Shown one piece after another: positions 1 to 10,310 of a stretch of 64,000 nt of DNA. The notes under the pieces were generated by a model that had not been told where the DNA came from, did not search any database, and saw only the letters and a program-made list of their open reading frames with translations. The position numbers and the translations under genes are program-made. The number at the start of each line of letters is the position of its first letter. Positions within the stretch are counted from its first letter, which is position 1. This stretch comes from an uncultured Armatimonadetes bacterium (GTDB lineage Bacteria > Armatimonadota > Hebobacteria > Hebobacterales > Hebobacteraceae): contig OY970296.1 of the NCBI GenBank assembly GCA_963716175.1, positions 4,352,001 to 4,416,000 of the forward strand. The letters run 5' to 3'.

Positions 1-27
1 GCCCGGTAATCCCTCCCAGCGCGGGCC

Positions 28-1980
28 TCAGAATCGGCCCTGCGTGGCGACCGCAACTGCCGCCCACAAGCCCCGGTTGAGAAGATCGCCTACGATCACG
101 CCGACGGCCAGAGGTACGGCCCTACGGTAGAGCCGGAGTCCCCCGTAGCGGACGACGAGCAGCTTCGATAACCAGCCCAGGAAGAACGGCATGTACCACC
201 AGTGCATGCCCCACCCATTGGCCACGAGGTACCCGAGGGGGTGCAAGGGCCACCACCAGAGGCGCAGCCGCAGTGCTCCGAGCGTCACTGCGACCGCCGC
301 CCCAGTCAAGAGGCCGATCAGCATCGGGATGTTCGCCGGCATGGGCTGGGTGAGCAGTTGCACGATCCGCTCGCCGTCACCGCGGGTCTGTTCCGCCGGC
401 CAGGTGTAGGTGCGCCCATAGGCGAGGCCGTAGTATCCGTATCGGTAGAGCCCACTCAACATGACGAACACGCCGAGCACGAGAGAGAAAAGAAAGCCGG
501 CTGATATGGCTGCGGTGAGACGCCGCGAGCTGATGCTGCTGGCATCGGCGATCTTGAAGGCCTCCAGGGCAGCGGCGGTGCAGACATCCAGGGCGGCGCC
601 CTCACCCGGGTAGTAGGCCCACCTCACGGACAGGAGTGTCACCACCTCCCTGGGCAGGAGCGATGCGCCACCGAAGATGGCCATGGCGTCGTTCATCTCC
701 AGTGGATAGTAGAGGAAGCCAAGGCCCGTTTCCGCGCGCAGCCGCGCCCACACCACGTAGAAGTTCACGATCAAGGCGACCAACACCAGGGCGAAGATGA
801 ACCGACATCCGGCGAGCCAGCAGAAGATCACCATCCAGGCAAAGGACAGAGCGAAGCCCACGAAGGCCCATCGGTAGGGCACCGGCTCAGCGCGGTCCCC
901 CGCGCGGCCTGCCCGGGTGAAGATGATCCGCGCCACCCGGGAGAGGTGGGCGCGAGCGCTCCAGAGGGCCCAGATCCCGAGCGCGAGTGCGGCGCCGCCG
1001 GCCTGGTTGTAGGGCGCGGGGAAACCAGACTCAAACCACTCCTCGGGGCGCTGAGGCTCGTGCCCGAACGCAATCGCGGCGACGGTCAGCGCCACGCGGA
1101 CCAGCCAGAAGAACCAGCACGAGAACGAAAGGTCACCCGGGATGAGAAATGCCAGCGCGACGAGCCACGGCCATAGCACGAGGTCTATCTCCCCAAGCCC
1201 GGCCAGTGGCCCCACTTTCTGCCAGAGCACGATCGGAACCGGGCCCAGCGGAACCGATGGCACAGAGGGCACGCGTTCCGACAGCGAGTTCAGGAAGCTG
1301 AGCGCGAGGGAGACGGCGACTCCCGTCCACAGGGGGCCGCCTCGCGTGAGGCGTCCCGACCGGCGCGGCTGGTTCTGGCTTGGGTCTTGCACCAGGGCCA
1401 GCGGGATCTGGGCCAGCGGGAAGCTCAGCCGCTCGTGGTAGATCCACTGGCGCCGCAGCATCGCGACCAGGCAGGTAGAGCCTATCGAGAGAGCGAGCAG
1501 GAACGAGCACCAGGCCGCCAGCGGCGTCCACCACAGCGACCATGGCACGGAAGCTCGGCCCTCGAACAGGCCCGCCACAGCGGCGGGGTCGGTGGGCGCA
1601 AACCAACTGGGGAGGTAGGAAAGGAAGATGGTCTGCCACTGCGGCACCGCTCGCGCCAGGTAGTAGAAAGCAGCGACCTTCGGCAGCATCCAGAAGAGGA
1701 TGCCGTGGCCGATCAGGGGCCCGGCTACCAGCAGGATGGAGTAGATAGTCAGCAGCTCGCGCCGGGTGAAGCCCACCCTGCGGAGTACCGGCAACCCGCC
1801 AGCCGCTGCCAGCACGACCAATACGACGACGGGAGGCATGGAGGGCACGCCGTAGAAAGCATAGTCCCTCAGCCAAGCGATCTCGACATAGAAGCCGGCC
1901 ACGGTCAACGGGATGAGGGCGGCCAGCGCCGCGAGCACCGCGCGCGCCGTCACCCCCGACCTATCTGCTGCTTCACTCAT
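28..1980 (-). CDS. DUF6785/DUF6784-type polytopic membrane protein (OPT-like putative transporter)
   Basis: About 650 aa with many TM helices; motifs RRQWIYHERLSFPLAQ and WWPLHPLGY; paralog at 8121-10149. Start placed at MSEAAD. Confidence 0.8.
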   Translation of the reverse strand: MSEAADRSGVTARAVLAALAALIPLTVAGFYVEIAWLRDYAFYGVPSMPPVVVLVVLAAAGGLPVLRRVGFTRRELLTIYSILLVAGPLIGHGILFWMLPKVAAFYYLARAVPQWQTIFLSYLPSWFAPTDPAAVAGLFEGRASVPWSLWWTPLAAWCSFLLALSIGSTCLVAMLRRQWIYHERLSFPLAQIPLALVQDPSQNQPRRSGRLTRGGPLWTGVAVSLALSFLNSLSERVPSVPSVPLGPVPIVLWQKVGPLAGLGEIDLVLWPWLVALAFLIPGDLSFSCWFFWLVRVALTVAAIAFGHEPQRPEEWFESGFPAPYNQAGGAALALGIWALWSARAHLSRVARIIFTRAGRAGDRAEPVPYRWAFVGFALSFAWMVIFCWLAGCRFIFALVLVALIVNFYVVWARLRAETGLGFLYYPLEMNDAMAIFGGASLLPREVVTLLSVRWAYYPGEGAALDVCTAAALEAFKIADASSISSRRLTAAISAGFLFSLVLGVFVMLSGLYRYGYYGLAYGRTYTWPAEQTRGDGERIVQLLTQPMPANIPMLIGLLTGAAVAVTLGALRLRLWWWPLHPLGYLVANGWGMHWWYMPFFLGWLSKLLVVRYGGLRLYRRAVPLAVGVIVGDLLNRGLWAAVAVATQGRF

Positions 1981-2138
1981 GCTGGACACACCTGAGGGCC
2001 TTCGTTTCATCCGGGCAGCCCCGCTATCCTCTGGAGAGGATCTCCATATCGCTCTTCGCCGGGGCAGGTCCAAGGCCGCGCCACCGCCAAGAAATGGGAG
2101 GAGCCAGGGTACTGGAATGAGCTGGCGAGGAGGCGGTC

Positions 2139-3572
2139 ATGAACTTCGTGGTGATAGTCTCGGACACGTTTCGGCGGGACCATCTCGGGTGCTACGGGAA
2201 CGGTTGGATCCGCACGCCCAACCTCGATCGCCTGGCGTTAGAATCGGTCGTGTTCGACCGCGCCTATGCGGCCTCGTTCCCCACCGTGCCGAATCGCCGA
2301 GACGTGTTGACCGGCCGGTTCTGCTTCACCTATTCCGACTGGGCTCCCCTGCCGGAGGAAGAGGTGGTACTTGCAGAGGTGATGAAGGCCGGAGGATACG
2401 TCACCGCGCTGGTGGCTGACACGCCGCACTTTCTCGCCCACGGCTACAACTTCAGCCGCGGCTTCGACGGCTGGGAATGGATCCGGGGCCAGGAGCACGA
2501 CGAGTGGCGCACCAGCCCACGCGACCCGGAGCTGCCCTGCGCGCCAGAGAAGCTCCGATTGCCCTATGTCACTGTCAAGCAGTACCTGCGCAATGTCTCG
2601 GACCGGCGCGGCGAGGGGGACTACTTCGTCGCTCGCACCATGCGCCGCGCCGCGGCCTGGCTGGAGGAGAATCTCGACTCCCAGCCCTTCCTGCTGTATG
2701 TGGACACATTTGATCCCCACGAGCCCTGGGATCCCCCGAAGTGGTATGTGGACCAATACGACCCGGGCTATCAGGGAGAGGAGGTGATCTATCCCCGATA
2801 TGCGCCCTGCGACTTCCTCAGCGAGGCGGAACTGAAGCATGTTCGCGCCCTTTACGCCGGCGAGGTCTCGCTCGTGGATACCTGGATCGGCAAGCTGCTG
2901 GCGAGGGTTGACGAGCTGGGCCTGCGTGACAACACGGTCGTGATCTTCACCACCGACCACGGCTTCTACCACGGCGAGCACGGGCTGATGGGCAAGTCCT
3001 TGCTCACGGAGGAGTACCATTCCTCCGTGCCACTCTACGAGGAGGTGGCGCGCATCCCGCTCCTGGTTCGCCTTCCGGGCCAGCGCGCCGGTCACCGCCA
3101 GGCCTTCGCGCAGCCGCCAGACCTGATGCCCACCATCCTGGACCTGGCGGGCATTCCGATCCCGAGCACGGTGCAAGGAGATTCGCTGGTCCCAGTCCTG
3201 CGGGGCGAGCGGGACAGCGGCCGGCCCTTCGCCATCACCTCCCGCAGTCTCATTCACGGCGTCGGCTGGCGCGAGTTCACGACCATCACCAACGAGGAGT
3301 GGTCACTGATCTACCCTGGGGCCAGGTACGAGGCGCGGGCTACCGAGGACCTCGCGGTGGACAGCATGAAGCGCCTCCATGCCGCGCTCTACCAGGGGGC
3401 GGGGGGCCCCGAACTGTATCACCTCGCCTCCGACCCGAGGCAGCAGCATAACGTCTTCGCCCAGCATCGCGACATCGCGGCCGCGCTCCACGCCGATCAC
3501 GTGCGAATGCTCGAAGCGCTGAACACTCCAGAGGAGCACCTGGCGAACCGGCGCGAGCTGACGGAGGGCTAA
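2139..3572 (+). CDS. Sulfatase-like hydrolase (alkaline phosphatase superfamily), Thr at the nucleophile position
   Basis: IVSDTFRRDHLGCYG, TPNLDRLA, SFPTVPNRRDVLTG, DPHEPWDPP, TTDHG; RBS GAGGAGG. Confidence 0.9.
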   Translation: MNFVVIVSDTFRRDHLGCYGNGWIRTPNLDRLALESVVFDRAYAASFPTVPNRRDVLTGRFCFTYSDWAPLPEEEVVLAEVMKAGGYVTALVADTPHFLAHGYNFSRGFDGWEWIRGQEHDEWRTSPRDPELPCAPEKLRLPYVTVKQYLRNVSDRRGEGDYFVARTMRRAAAWLEENLDSQPFLLYVDTFDPHEPWDPPKWYVDQYDPGYQGEEVIYPRYAPCDFLSEAELKHVRALYAGEVSLVDTWIGKLLARVDELGLRDNTVVIFTTDHGFYHGEHGLMGKSLLTEEYHSSVPLYEEVARIPLLVRLPGQRAGHRQAFAQPPDLMPTILDLAGIPIPSTVQGDSLVPVLRGERDSGRPFAITSRSLIHGVGWREFTTITNEEWSLIYPGARYEARATEDLAVDSMKRLHAALYQGAGGPELYHLASDPRQQHNVFAQHRDIAAALHADHVRMLEALNTPEEHLANRRELTEG

Positions 3573-3652
3573 CAGGGGCATCGCCGCCCCCCGAAGGGCC
3601 GATGGGCTGTGAGAGGCGGGCCGAGCGAGCTACCTGCGGCATCGGAGGCAAG

Positions 3653-5689
3653 ATGGCCAAGCGCGCAACCTGGATGATGGTCGTTCTGCTGTTGTGTGCG
3701 GCAATACTCGCGGAGGCACGTCCCATGCGCGAGCTCTATGTGGCACCCAGCGGGTGCGACTCATGGGCCGGGACGAAGACGAAGCCATTGGCGACCTTGG
3801 AGAAAGCGCGGGACATCCTGCGGCTGATGGGAAAGGCCGGGAAGATACCCCGAGGCGGCGTCACGGTGTGGGTCCGAGGCGGGAGCTACGAGCGGGCAAA
3901 GCCCTTCGAGCTGAGCGAAGAAGACTCCGGAACTTCTCACGCAACCATCACCTACCGGGCCGTGCCTGGCGAGCTGGTGCGGCTGGCCGGGGGTAGAGCC
4001 GTAACCAACTTCGTGCCCGTCACCGATCCCACGATTCTGGCTCGCCTCGATGAGGGCGCGCGCGGGAGAGTCCTGCAGGCAGACCTGAGGGCGCTGGGGA
4101 TCACGGACTTCGGGAACGTGAAGAGCGGTGGGATGGAGCTGTTCTTCCAGGACCGCCCCATGACACTGGCACGCTGGCCGAACCAGGGCTTCACTGTGAT
4201 TGCGGAGGTAGTGGGTGGCCGGCCCTTCGATGTTCGTGGAACGCAGGGGGATCTGGTAGGGAAGTTCAGCTACGAGGGCGACCGGCCGAAGCGCTGGCTT
4301 GGCGAGAAGGAGATCTGGGTCCACGGCTACTGGTTCTGGGACTGGGCCGACGAGCGCCAGAAAGTCGAATCCATTGATATTGAGAAGCATGTGATCTCCC
4401 TGGCGCCTCCCTACCACGATTACGGTTACCGCAAAGGTCAGTGGTTCTATGCCTTCAACCTCCTCGCCGAGCTGGACTCGCCGGGGGAATGGTACCTGGA
4501 CCGGGACACGGGAATCCTGTACTTCTGGCCGCCGGGGCCCATGGCCGAAGGCCGGGCCATGGTATCAGTGCTGCCGACACTGGTGACCATGCGGGGGACT
4601 TCGCACGTGACTGTCCAAGGGCTGACGCTGGAAGCAGCTCGAGGCACCGCCATCACCATTACCGGTGGCCGAGAGGACAGGATCGTCGGCTGCACCATCC
4701 GGAACGTTGGGGGCTATGCGGTGCAGGTGGAGGGCGGCGCCGGGAACGGAGTGGTGGGCTGCGATATCTACGGCACTGGAGACGGAGGCATCATCCTGGA
4801 TGGTGGGGATCGGCGGACGCTGACGCCCGCCCGACACTACGCCGAGAATAACCACATCCATCACTACAGCCGGTGGGACCGCATGTACCAGCCGGCGATC
4901 AGCCTGGCTGGGGTGGGGAACCGCGCGGTGCACAATCTCATCCATGACGCGCCTCATCAGGCCATTGCCGTCAGCGGCAACGATCACGTGATCGAGTACA
5001 ACGAGATCCACGACGTGTGCACCGAGGCGAACGATGCCGGCGCGATCTACAGCGGTCGAGACTGGACCTGGCGAGGCACCGTGATCCGGTACAATTTCCT
5101 GCACCACATCACCGGGCGCGGAGGCGAAGGCTGCATGGGCGTGTACCTCGACGACATGCTGTCCGGCACCAGGGTCCACGGCAATGTCTTCTACCGCGTG
5201 AGCGAGGCCGTGTTCATCGGCGGAGGGCGCGACAACATCGTGGACGGGAACATCTTCGTGGACTGCAGTCCGGCGGTTCACGTGGACGCACGGGCGATGA
5301 ACTGGGCCGCGTACCATGTGGACACGACGATGAAGGAAGGGCTGCGGGCCGTACCCTATCAGCAGTCTCCCTGGCGCGGCCGCTATCCGGGACTGGTCGG
5401 CATCCTGGATGACGAGCCAGCGGCGCCAAAGGGAAACGTGATCGCCCGCAACATCTGCGTGCGGGGCCAATGGGAGGAGATCGAGGAGGAGGCCCGGCCC
5501 TTCGTGCGCCTCGAGGCCAACCTGCTCGATGGCGACCCGCTGTTCGTGGATGAAGCACACATGAACTTCCAGCTGCGAGCCGACTCGCCAGCCTACAGGT
5601 CGGGCTTCGAGCCGATACCGGTAGAGAAGATCGGACTCTACCCGGACGAGCGGCGCGTCGCCCCGAGGACGGGGCTACCACCGCAGTGA
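3653..5689 (+). CDS. Secreted right-handed parallel beta-helix protein (putative glycoside hydrolase or lyase)
   Basis: Signal peptide, YVAPSGCDSWAGT N-terminus, LAELDSPGEWYLD, beta-helix repeats, GVYLDD; RBS GGAGG. Confidence 0.85.
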   Translation: MAKRATWMMVVLLLCAAILAEARPMRELYVAPSGCDSWAGTKTKPLATLEKARDILRLMGKAGKIPRGGVTVWVRGGSYERAKPFELSEEDSGTSHATITYRAVPGELVRLAGGRAVTNFVPVTDPTILARLDEGARGRVLQADLRALGITDFGNVKSGGMELFFQDRPMTLARWPNQGFTVIAEVVGGRPFDVRGTQGDLVGKFSYEGDRPKRWLGEKEIWVHGYWFWDWADERQKVESIDIEKHVISLAPPYHDYGYRKGQWFYAFNLLAELDSPGEWYLDRDTGILYFWPPGPMAEGRAMVSVLPTLVTMRGTSHVTVQGLTLEAARGTAITITGGREDRIVGCTIRNVGGYAVQVEGGAGNGVVGCDIYGTGDGGIILDGGDRRTLTPARHYAENNHIHHYSRWDRMYQPAISLAGVGNRAVHNLIHDAPHQAIAVSGNDHVIEYNEIHDVCTEANDAGAIYSGRDWTWRGTVIRYNFLHHITGRGGEGCMGVYLDDMLSGTRVHGNVFYRVSEAVFIGGGRDNIVDGNIFVDCSPAVHVDARAMNWAAYHVDTTMKEGLRAVPYQQSPWRGRYPGLVGILDDEPAAPKGNVIARNICVRGQWEEIEEEARPFVRLEANLLDGDPLFVDEAHMNFQLRADSPAYRSGFEPIPVEKIGLYPDERRVAPRTGLPPQ

Positions 5690-5696
5690 CGCGGCG

Positions 5697-5779
5697 GTAG
5701 GGCAGGCCTGTCGCAGTTCACCCCGAGCGAGGACGAAGGGCATTCGCGCCGCCGGCCGGCGCAGGCACGCCGGCCCTAC
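5697..5779. repeat. REP-like cluster (GTAGGGC...GCCCTAC) containing a CCCCGAGC-N5-CGAAGGG element
   Basis: Inverted GTAGGGC ends between convergent genes; 5716-5740 resembles the insert at 29610-29634. Confidence 0.5.
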
Positions 5780-7188
5780 AGCAGCTCCCGTCGGGCGCGT
5801 TCCAGGACGGCGCGCATCGCCTTCAGCTTGTGCTCGCGGCCCTCCGGCTGCTGGTAGTCGCTCACCATCGCGATTGCCTTGTCCCGGATCCGCTGCAGCA
5901 TCCGCGCCTCCTGTTCGGGCCCGTCCCAGGCGATGCGCTCCAGCAGCTCGGGCAGCCACAGGCTGTGACGGAAGTGCCGCGCGGTGTGGTCGCTCGGCAG
6001 ATGGCTTGAACGACCGCTGACCCCGACCTCCGCGATCTCCGGCAGGGCCACACGCTCCTGATCAGGAGCCAGCGTTCGGCTGAACTGGTCCAGACCCGTC
6101 GCCATCTCCCGGTCGAGGAGGAGCTGAACATCCGAGAGGACCTTCCCACAGTCCAACATTCCTTCTCCCACCTCCGAGTGCCGGCCCGTGAAGGCAGCAA
6201 CTGTCATCGCCTTGTAGGCCTTCTCCAGGGCCGCGTAGACGCCCGGCTGTTTCGCGGCGCAATACTCGCCCTTGCCCACCTCGACGCGAAGGCCGCACCA
6301 CCGCTCTACGAACTGCACGAAGGCCACCGAGTAGAAAACCGCGTCGAAGGCCGAGAAGCTGACATGCCCTGTCTTCATATCAGGCGTGCCGCACCACATA
6401 GAGCCGCCAAGCGAGACCTCCGGGTTCAAGGCCCGGCCCACGATCCAGGCGCCCAGCATCTCCGCGCTCGAGACCACGATGAAGCCTTCCAGGGTTACGG
6501 GCGTGGATAGCCCGGCAACGGGCATTGCGGTGAGACCTGCCCGGTGTCCAGCACGCATCATCTCCACATAGCGATCGGCGACAGCCCGGTCGAATCGCAG
6601 CGGGTGCGCAATGCAGACGGCGCCATAGGCATACCAGCGCGGGAGGCCCATGATCTCACCCATCTCGGCAAGGTAGCTGCTCTGCTCGACGTTCCACGCG
6701 AATGCGGGATGGGGCTGGCGGGCATATTCCGCCAGCACCAAGGCCGCTTCCAGCGGCTCCAGTATCGGTGGCACATCTCGCAAGAGCAGGCAATGCCCCA
6801 CGCCGGCCTCGCGGTGCAGCACATCCCCGAGCTTGACCAGCTCGACCAAGTCTTGTCTGGTGCCCGGCCGCCTTTCCCGCTTGTCGTAGTCATAGATGAA
6901 CTGGGCAACCTGTGTGGTCAGCGCGGGCAGACTCGGAGTCTCGAAGAGCTGGTCCGTACTGCCCGTGCGGCGGGCCGCTTCCCTCCTGATGCTGCCCACG
7001 AAGTCGGCACACATCCTCCGCGGGAACTTGGCGATCTGGGAGGTAGGGTCAATGCGCGCGCCGGCCTGCTCCAAGGCGCCAAGTATGCGATCGTTCTGAA
7101 ACACCATCCCCACGTCTTCCAACACCGCGAGAATCGCTTCTTCGAGCACCCCTATGCCGGCTTCATCGGGCAACCTGATCCGCAACAT
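5776..7188 (-). CDS. Trimethylamine methyltransferase (MttB superfamily) protein, no pyrrolysine
   Basis: ILAVLEDVGMVF, MPVAGLSTPVTLEG, DMKTG, GMLDCGKVLSDVQLLLDRE, HTARHFR; 470 aa with no internal TAG. Confidence 0.8.
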   Translation of the reverse strand: MLRIRLPDEAGIGVLEEAILAVLEDVGMVFQNDRILGALEQAGARIDPTSQIAKFPRRMCADFVGSIRREAARRTGSTDQLFETPSLPALTTQVAQFIYDYDKRERRPGTRQDLVELVKLGDVLHREAGVGHCLLLRDVPPILEPLEAALVLAEYARQPHPAFAWNVEQSSYLAEMGEIMGLPRWYAYGAVCIAHPLRFDRAVADRYVEMMRAGHRAGLTAMPVAGLSTPVTLEGFIVVSSAEMLGAWIVGRALNPEVSLGGSMWCGTPDMKTGHVSFSAFDAVFYSVAFVQFVERWCGLRVEVGKGEYCAAKQPGVYAALEKAYKAMTVAAFTGRHSEVGEGMLDCGKVLSDVQLLLDREMATGLDQFSRTLAPDQERVALPEIAEVGVSGRSSHLPSDHTARHFRHSLWLPELLERIAWDGPEQEARMLQRIRDKAIAMVSDYQQPEGREHKLKAMRAVLERARRELL

Positions 7189-7212
7189 GGCATCCAGTCC
7201 TTTCCCGCCGCG

Positions 7213-8010
7213 CTAGGCCGGTACGCTCTGGTCGCCGACCTGCGAGATCCAGCCCCGGAGCCACTCGACTGTCTCCAACTCCAGGTCGCAGATGCAGCTG
7301 GCGAGGAAGATGACGCCCTCTATCCGTCCCTGCCGCAGCAGCCCGAGGCTGAACTCACACTGCTGCTTCATCAGGTCGAGGGGCATGGGTCGTGAAGCGC
7401 CGTAGTCCCAGAGGTAGCAGCCGACCAGCCGGCCCTGGCGCGGGGTGAGCTGCTCGAACCGCTCATAGTTGCGCTCAAGATGCGGGAGGTTCTCTGCCCG
7501 CCAGGTCCAGAACGTCACCTGGTCGCAGAGGTCGAGATAGCCGGCTACCGGATTGGCAAGCATGTAGTCGTAGAGCACGACCCACAGGTCGAGCGCGCGA
7601 TCGGGCAACTGCAACTGCGCGCGGATGGCACGCAACTCGTCCGGGGACAGCACCGCGGCCGAGCCCGCCGTCGTCGGCTTCTCCCGGAAGAAGTCGTCCA
7701 TGATCACTCCCGTCATATTGGGAAGACGGTGCGCGAGCCGGAAGACCTCTTCCCGACCTCCGGCGTTCGTCTCGCCGGACGCGCCGACAATGGACCAGAC
7801 CACCTTGTCCAGCGACCGCATCGGGAGCGCGAACCGGTCAAGCGGCGGGAACGGGCCGTGCTCACCATAGTTGACCATGACCAGGTTTGGCACTCCCAGG
7901 TAACAGGCCGCCTCCACCGGCGTGATGCGGGATTCGCCGGGGACCCCATAGATGCCGTTGTGGCTTCCCGCCGGGTGACCCCAGAGCCAGAGCGCGTCTC
8001 TCACACCCAC
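7213..8010 (-). CDS. Hypothetical protein, possible TIM-barrel hydrolase
   Basis: GTG start after GAGGAGG; WLWGHPAGSHN, GVIMDDFF; co-oriented with neighbours. Confidence 0.7.
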   Translation of the reverse strand: MGVRDALWLWGHPAGSHNGIYGVPGESRITPVEAACYLGVPNLVMVNYGEHGPFPPLDRFALPMRSLDKVVWSIVGASGETNAGGREEVFRLAHRLPNMTGVIMDDFFREKPTTAGSAAVLSPDELRAIRAQLQLPDRALDLWVVLYDYMLANPVAGYLDLCDQVTFWTWRAENLPHLERNYERFEQLTPRQGRLVGCYLWDYGASRPMPLDLMKQQCEFSLGLLRQGRIEGVIFLASCICDLELETVEWLRGWISQVGDQSVPA

Positions 8011-8120
8011 AGTGCACCTCCTCACAGTGTTCTTGTACTCAGCAACGAGGCCTTCCTCGTGCTAGGCCCAGATGCTGCCAAAGCTCATTGCCGCGTCTGT
8101 GACTCCCACTCTCCTGCCCG

Positions 8121-10149
8121 TCAATCGGTCCCCAGGGAGACGGCCGTGCCGATGGTGCCATGCGTGGCGAACGCCACCAGCACCCAGACCCCGGAATTCA
8201 GGAGTTGCCCCACCAGCAGCCCGATGGCAAGAGGGATGAGTTGGCGGTACAACTGCAGGCCGCCGTAGCGGATCACGAGCGACTTCCAGACCCACCCCAC
8301 CAGGAACGGCATGTAGTAGAACTGCATGCCCCAGGTGTTCGCGGCCACGTACCCCAGAGGATGCAAGGGCCACCACCAGAAGCGGATCCGCAGCAGGCCC
8401 AGTGCGATGGCGACGACCGCGCCCACGATGATTCCGATGCTGGCGCCGAGGTTGTACCTGGACGGACTCGTCAGATGGTAGAAGATGCGGCTTCCCTCTT
8501 CCCGGGTCTGCGAAGCAAGCCAGTAATCGGAGTTGGTGACTCCCAGCCCGAAGTAGCCGTGTCCGTACACCCCAGTCATGACAATGATGACTCCCACCGC
8601 CACCGACAGGACGAACCCGGCGAGCATGGCCTTCGTCAGGCGCCGGGCATTGATCCCCGCGGCGTCTGCGATCTTGAACGCTTCCAGCGCGTTGCCGGGG
8701 CAGACTTCGAAGGTGGTGCCAGCGCCGAAGGCAGTAGCCCAGCGTGTGGATATCATGGTCACTAGGTCACCCGGCCGCAGCAGGCTGCTGCCCAGCACCT
8801 GCACGAAGCCCTCTTCGATTTCGAGCGGGAAGTCCAGGAAGCCCAGTCCGGCTTCCGCCCTCAGGCGCGCCCACATCACATAGTAGCCGACGATCAGGAA
8901 GACGAGCGCGAGGGCGAACAGCGGCCGCGCCCCGGCGAGAATGCAGAAAACCACCAACCACACCAGGGAGACGAGAAGTACCGCCAGCGCCAGGCGATAT
9001 GGCATGGGCTCCTGGCGGTCGAGACCGGAGCTGGTGCGGGCCACGATCACTCGCGCGGCATGAGCAAGGTGGCGGCGGGCCGACCACAGCCCCCACACGC
9101 CGAGGGCCAGCACCGCGCCCTCCGCCCTGGAAGTAGGGCGCGGGGAAGGTGCTGCCATACATCTCTTCCGGGCGCTCGGGAGTGGCACCCGCGGCGATGG
9201 CCGCCACCGAGAGGGCGACTCGCACCAGCCAGAAGAGCCAGATGGACAGCGACAGGTCCTTGGGAACAAGGTAGGCGAGGCCGATCATCCACGGCCACAG
9301 CACGATGTTGACATCGCCCAGGCCGGCCAGCGGCCCCACGTTCTGTCGGGGTACAACCGTCAACGGCCCTATCGGTATCGCCGGAAACGCGGGCAGCATG
9401 GCGCGCAGCGTGTTGGTGAACGCAGCCACCAGCGAGATGCCGATCCCCAGCCAGAACATGGGCGAGGAGGGCAACCGCGCCCGGTGCTGGTTCGCCTGTG
9501 ACTCCGGCTCGCGCACCATCTCCAGCGGAACCTGGGCCAGCGGGAAGGCCAGGCGTTCGTTGGTGACCCACTGGCGCTGGAGCAAGGCGATGAGGGAAAG
9601 CGACGCGAAGAAGAGCGCCAAGAGGAATGAGAGCCAGGCGCCAAGGGGCAACCACCATGCCGACCACGGAACTGAGCCCTGTCCCTCAAAGAACCGGCGC
9701 ACCGCGTCGGCGTTGGTCGGCGCGAACCACGGGGGCAGGTACTGGAAGAACGTGCTCTCCCACAGTGGGTTGACCTGGCCCATGTAGTAGTAGGAGACCT
9801 GGTGGGGGATCATCCACAGCAGAATGCCCGTGCTCACAATGGGCCCGCCGACCAGCACAATCGAGTAGATGCTGAGCAGCTCGCGGCGCGACAGGTCCAA
9901 TCTGCGAAGCACCGGCAAAGCCATGGCACCCGCGAGCAGGAACAGAAGCACGATCGCGGCCGTGGATGGGACCCCGGCCGCGAAGTGGTCTATCCGGTGC
10001 CATTTGAGCTCGACGTAGAAGCCGGCGAGGGCGACGGCCAGCAGCAGGACCATAGAGACCGCCAGGACGCGCGCGCTAACCCCCTCTTCGCCAAGGCTTC
10101 GGGGGGCAAGCCCGCCAGCCTTGTCCGCAGGCTTCTTGCTCAGCCGCAT
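8121..10149 (-). CDS. DUF6785/DUF6784-type membrane transporter, split by a +1 frameshift near 9119
   Basis: N-half (QRQWVTNERLAFPLAQ...PAPYFQGG) and C-half (AVLALGVW...WWPLHPLGY) are in different frames. Removing one G from GGA GGG CGC restores FQGGGAVLAL, matching paralog NQAGGAALAL. Confidence 0.8.
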
Positions 10150-10220
10150 GTCTCCAACACCAAACTCGTTGCCGGACTCGACCGCGCTCATGGGGGAGGC
10201 TGCGTCCCATAGGACACACG

Positions 10221-10264
10221 TTGGGCAGGAGCTTGCCCGCACTCGCGGGCTTGCTCCTGCCCAA
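10221..10264. repeat. REP-like palindrome TTGGGCAGGAGC...GCTCCTGCCCAA
   Basis: 12-bp inverted repeat; same core at 15170, 20344 and 23773. Confidence 0.7.
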
Positions 10265-10310
10265 TGTTCGCCTAGGCTGCGTATCTATCCCGCCGGATGC
10301 CCGCTTCCTA

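Noticed and set aside
5776-7188. Pyrrolysine read-through in the MttB-like gene
   Set aside because: The ORF is full length with no internal TAG.
9115-9125. Programmed ribosomal frameshifting at the three split genes
   Set aside because: No slippery heptamer or long homopolymer; the intact paralog and canonical family sequences point to simple insertions.
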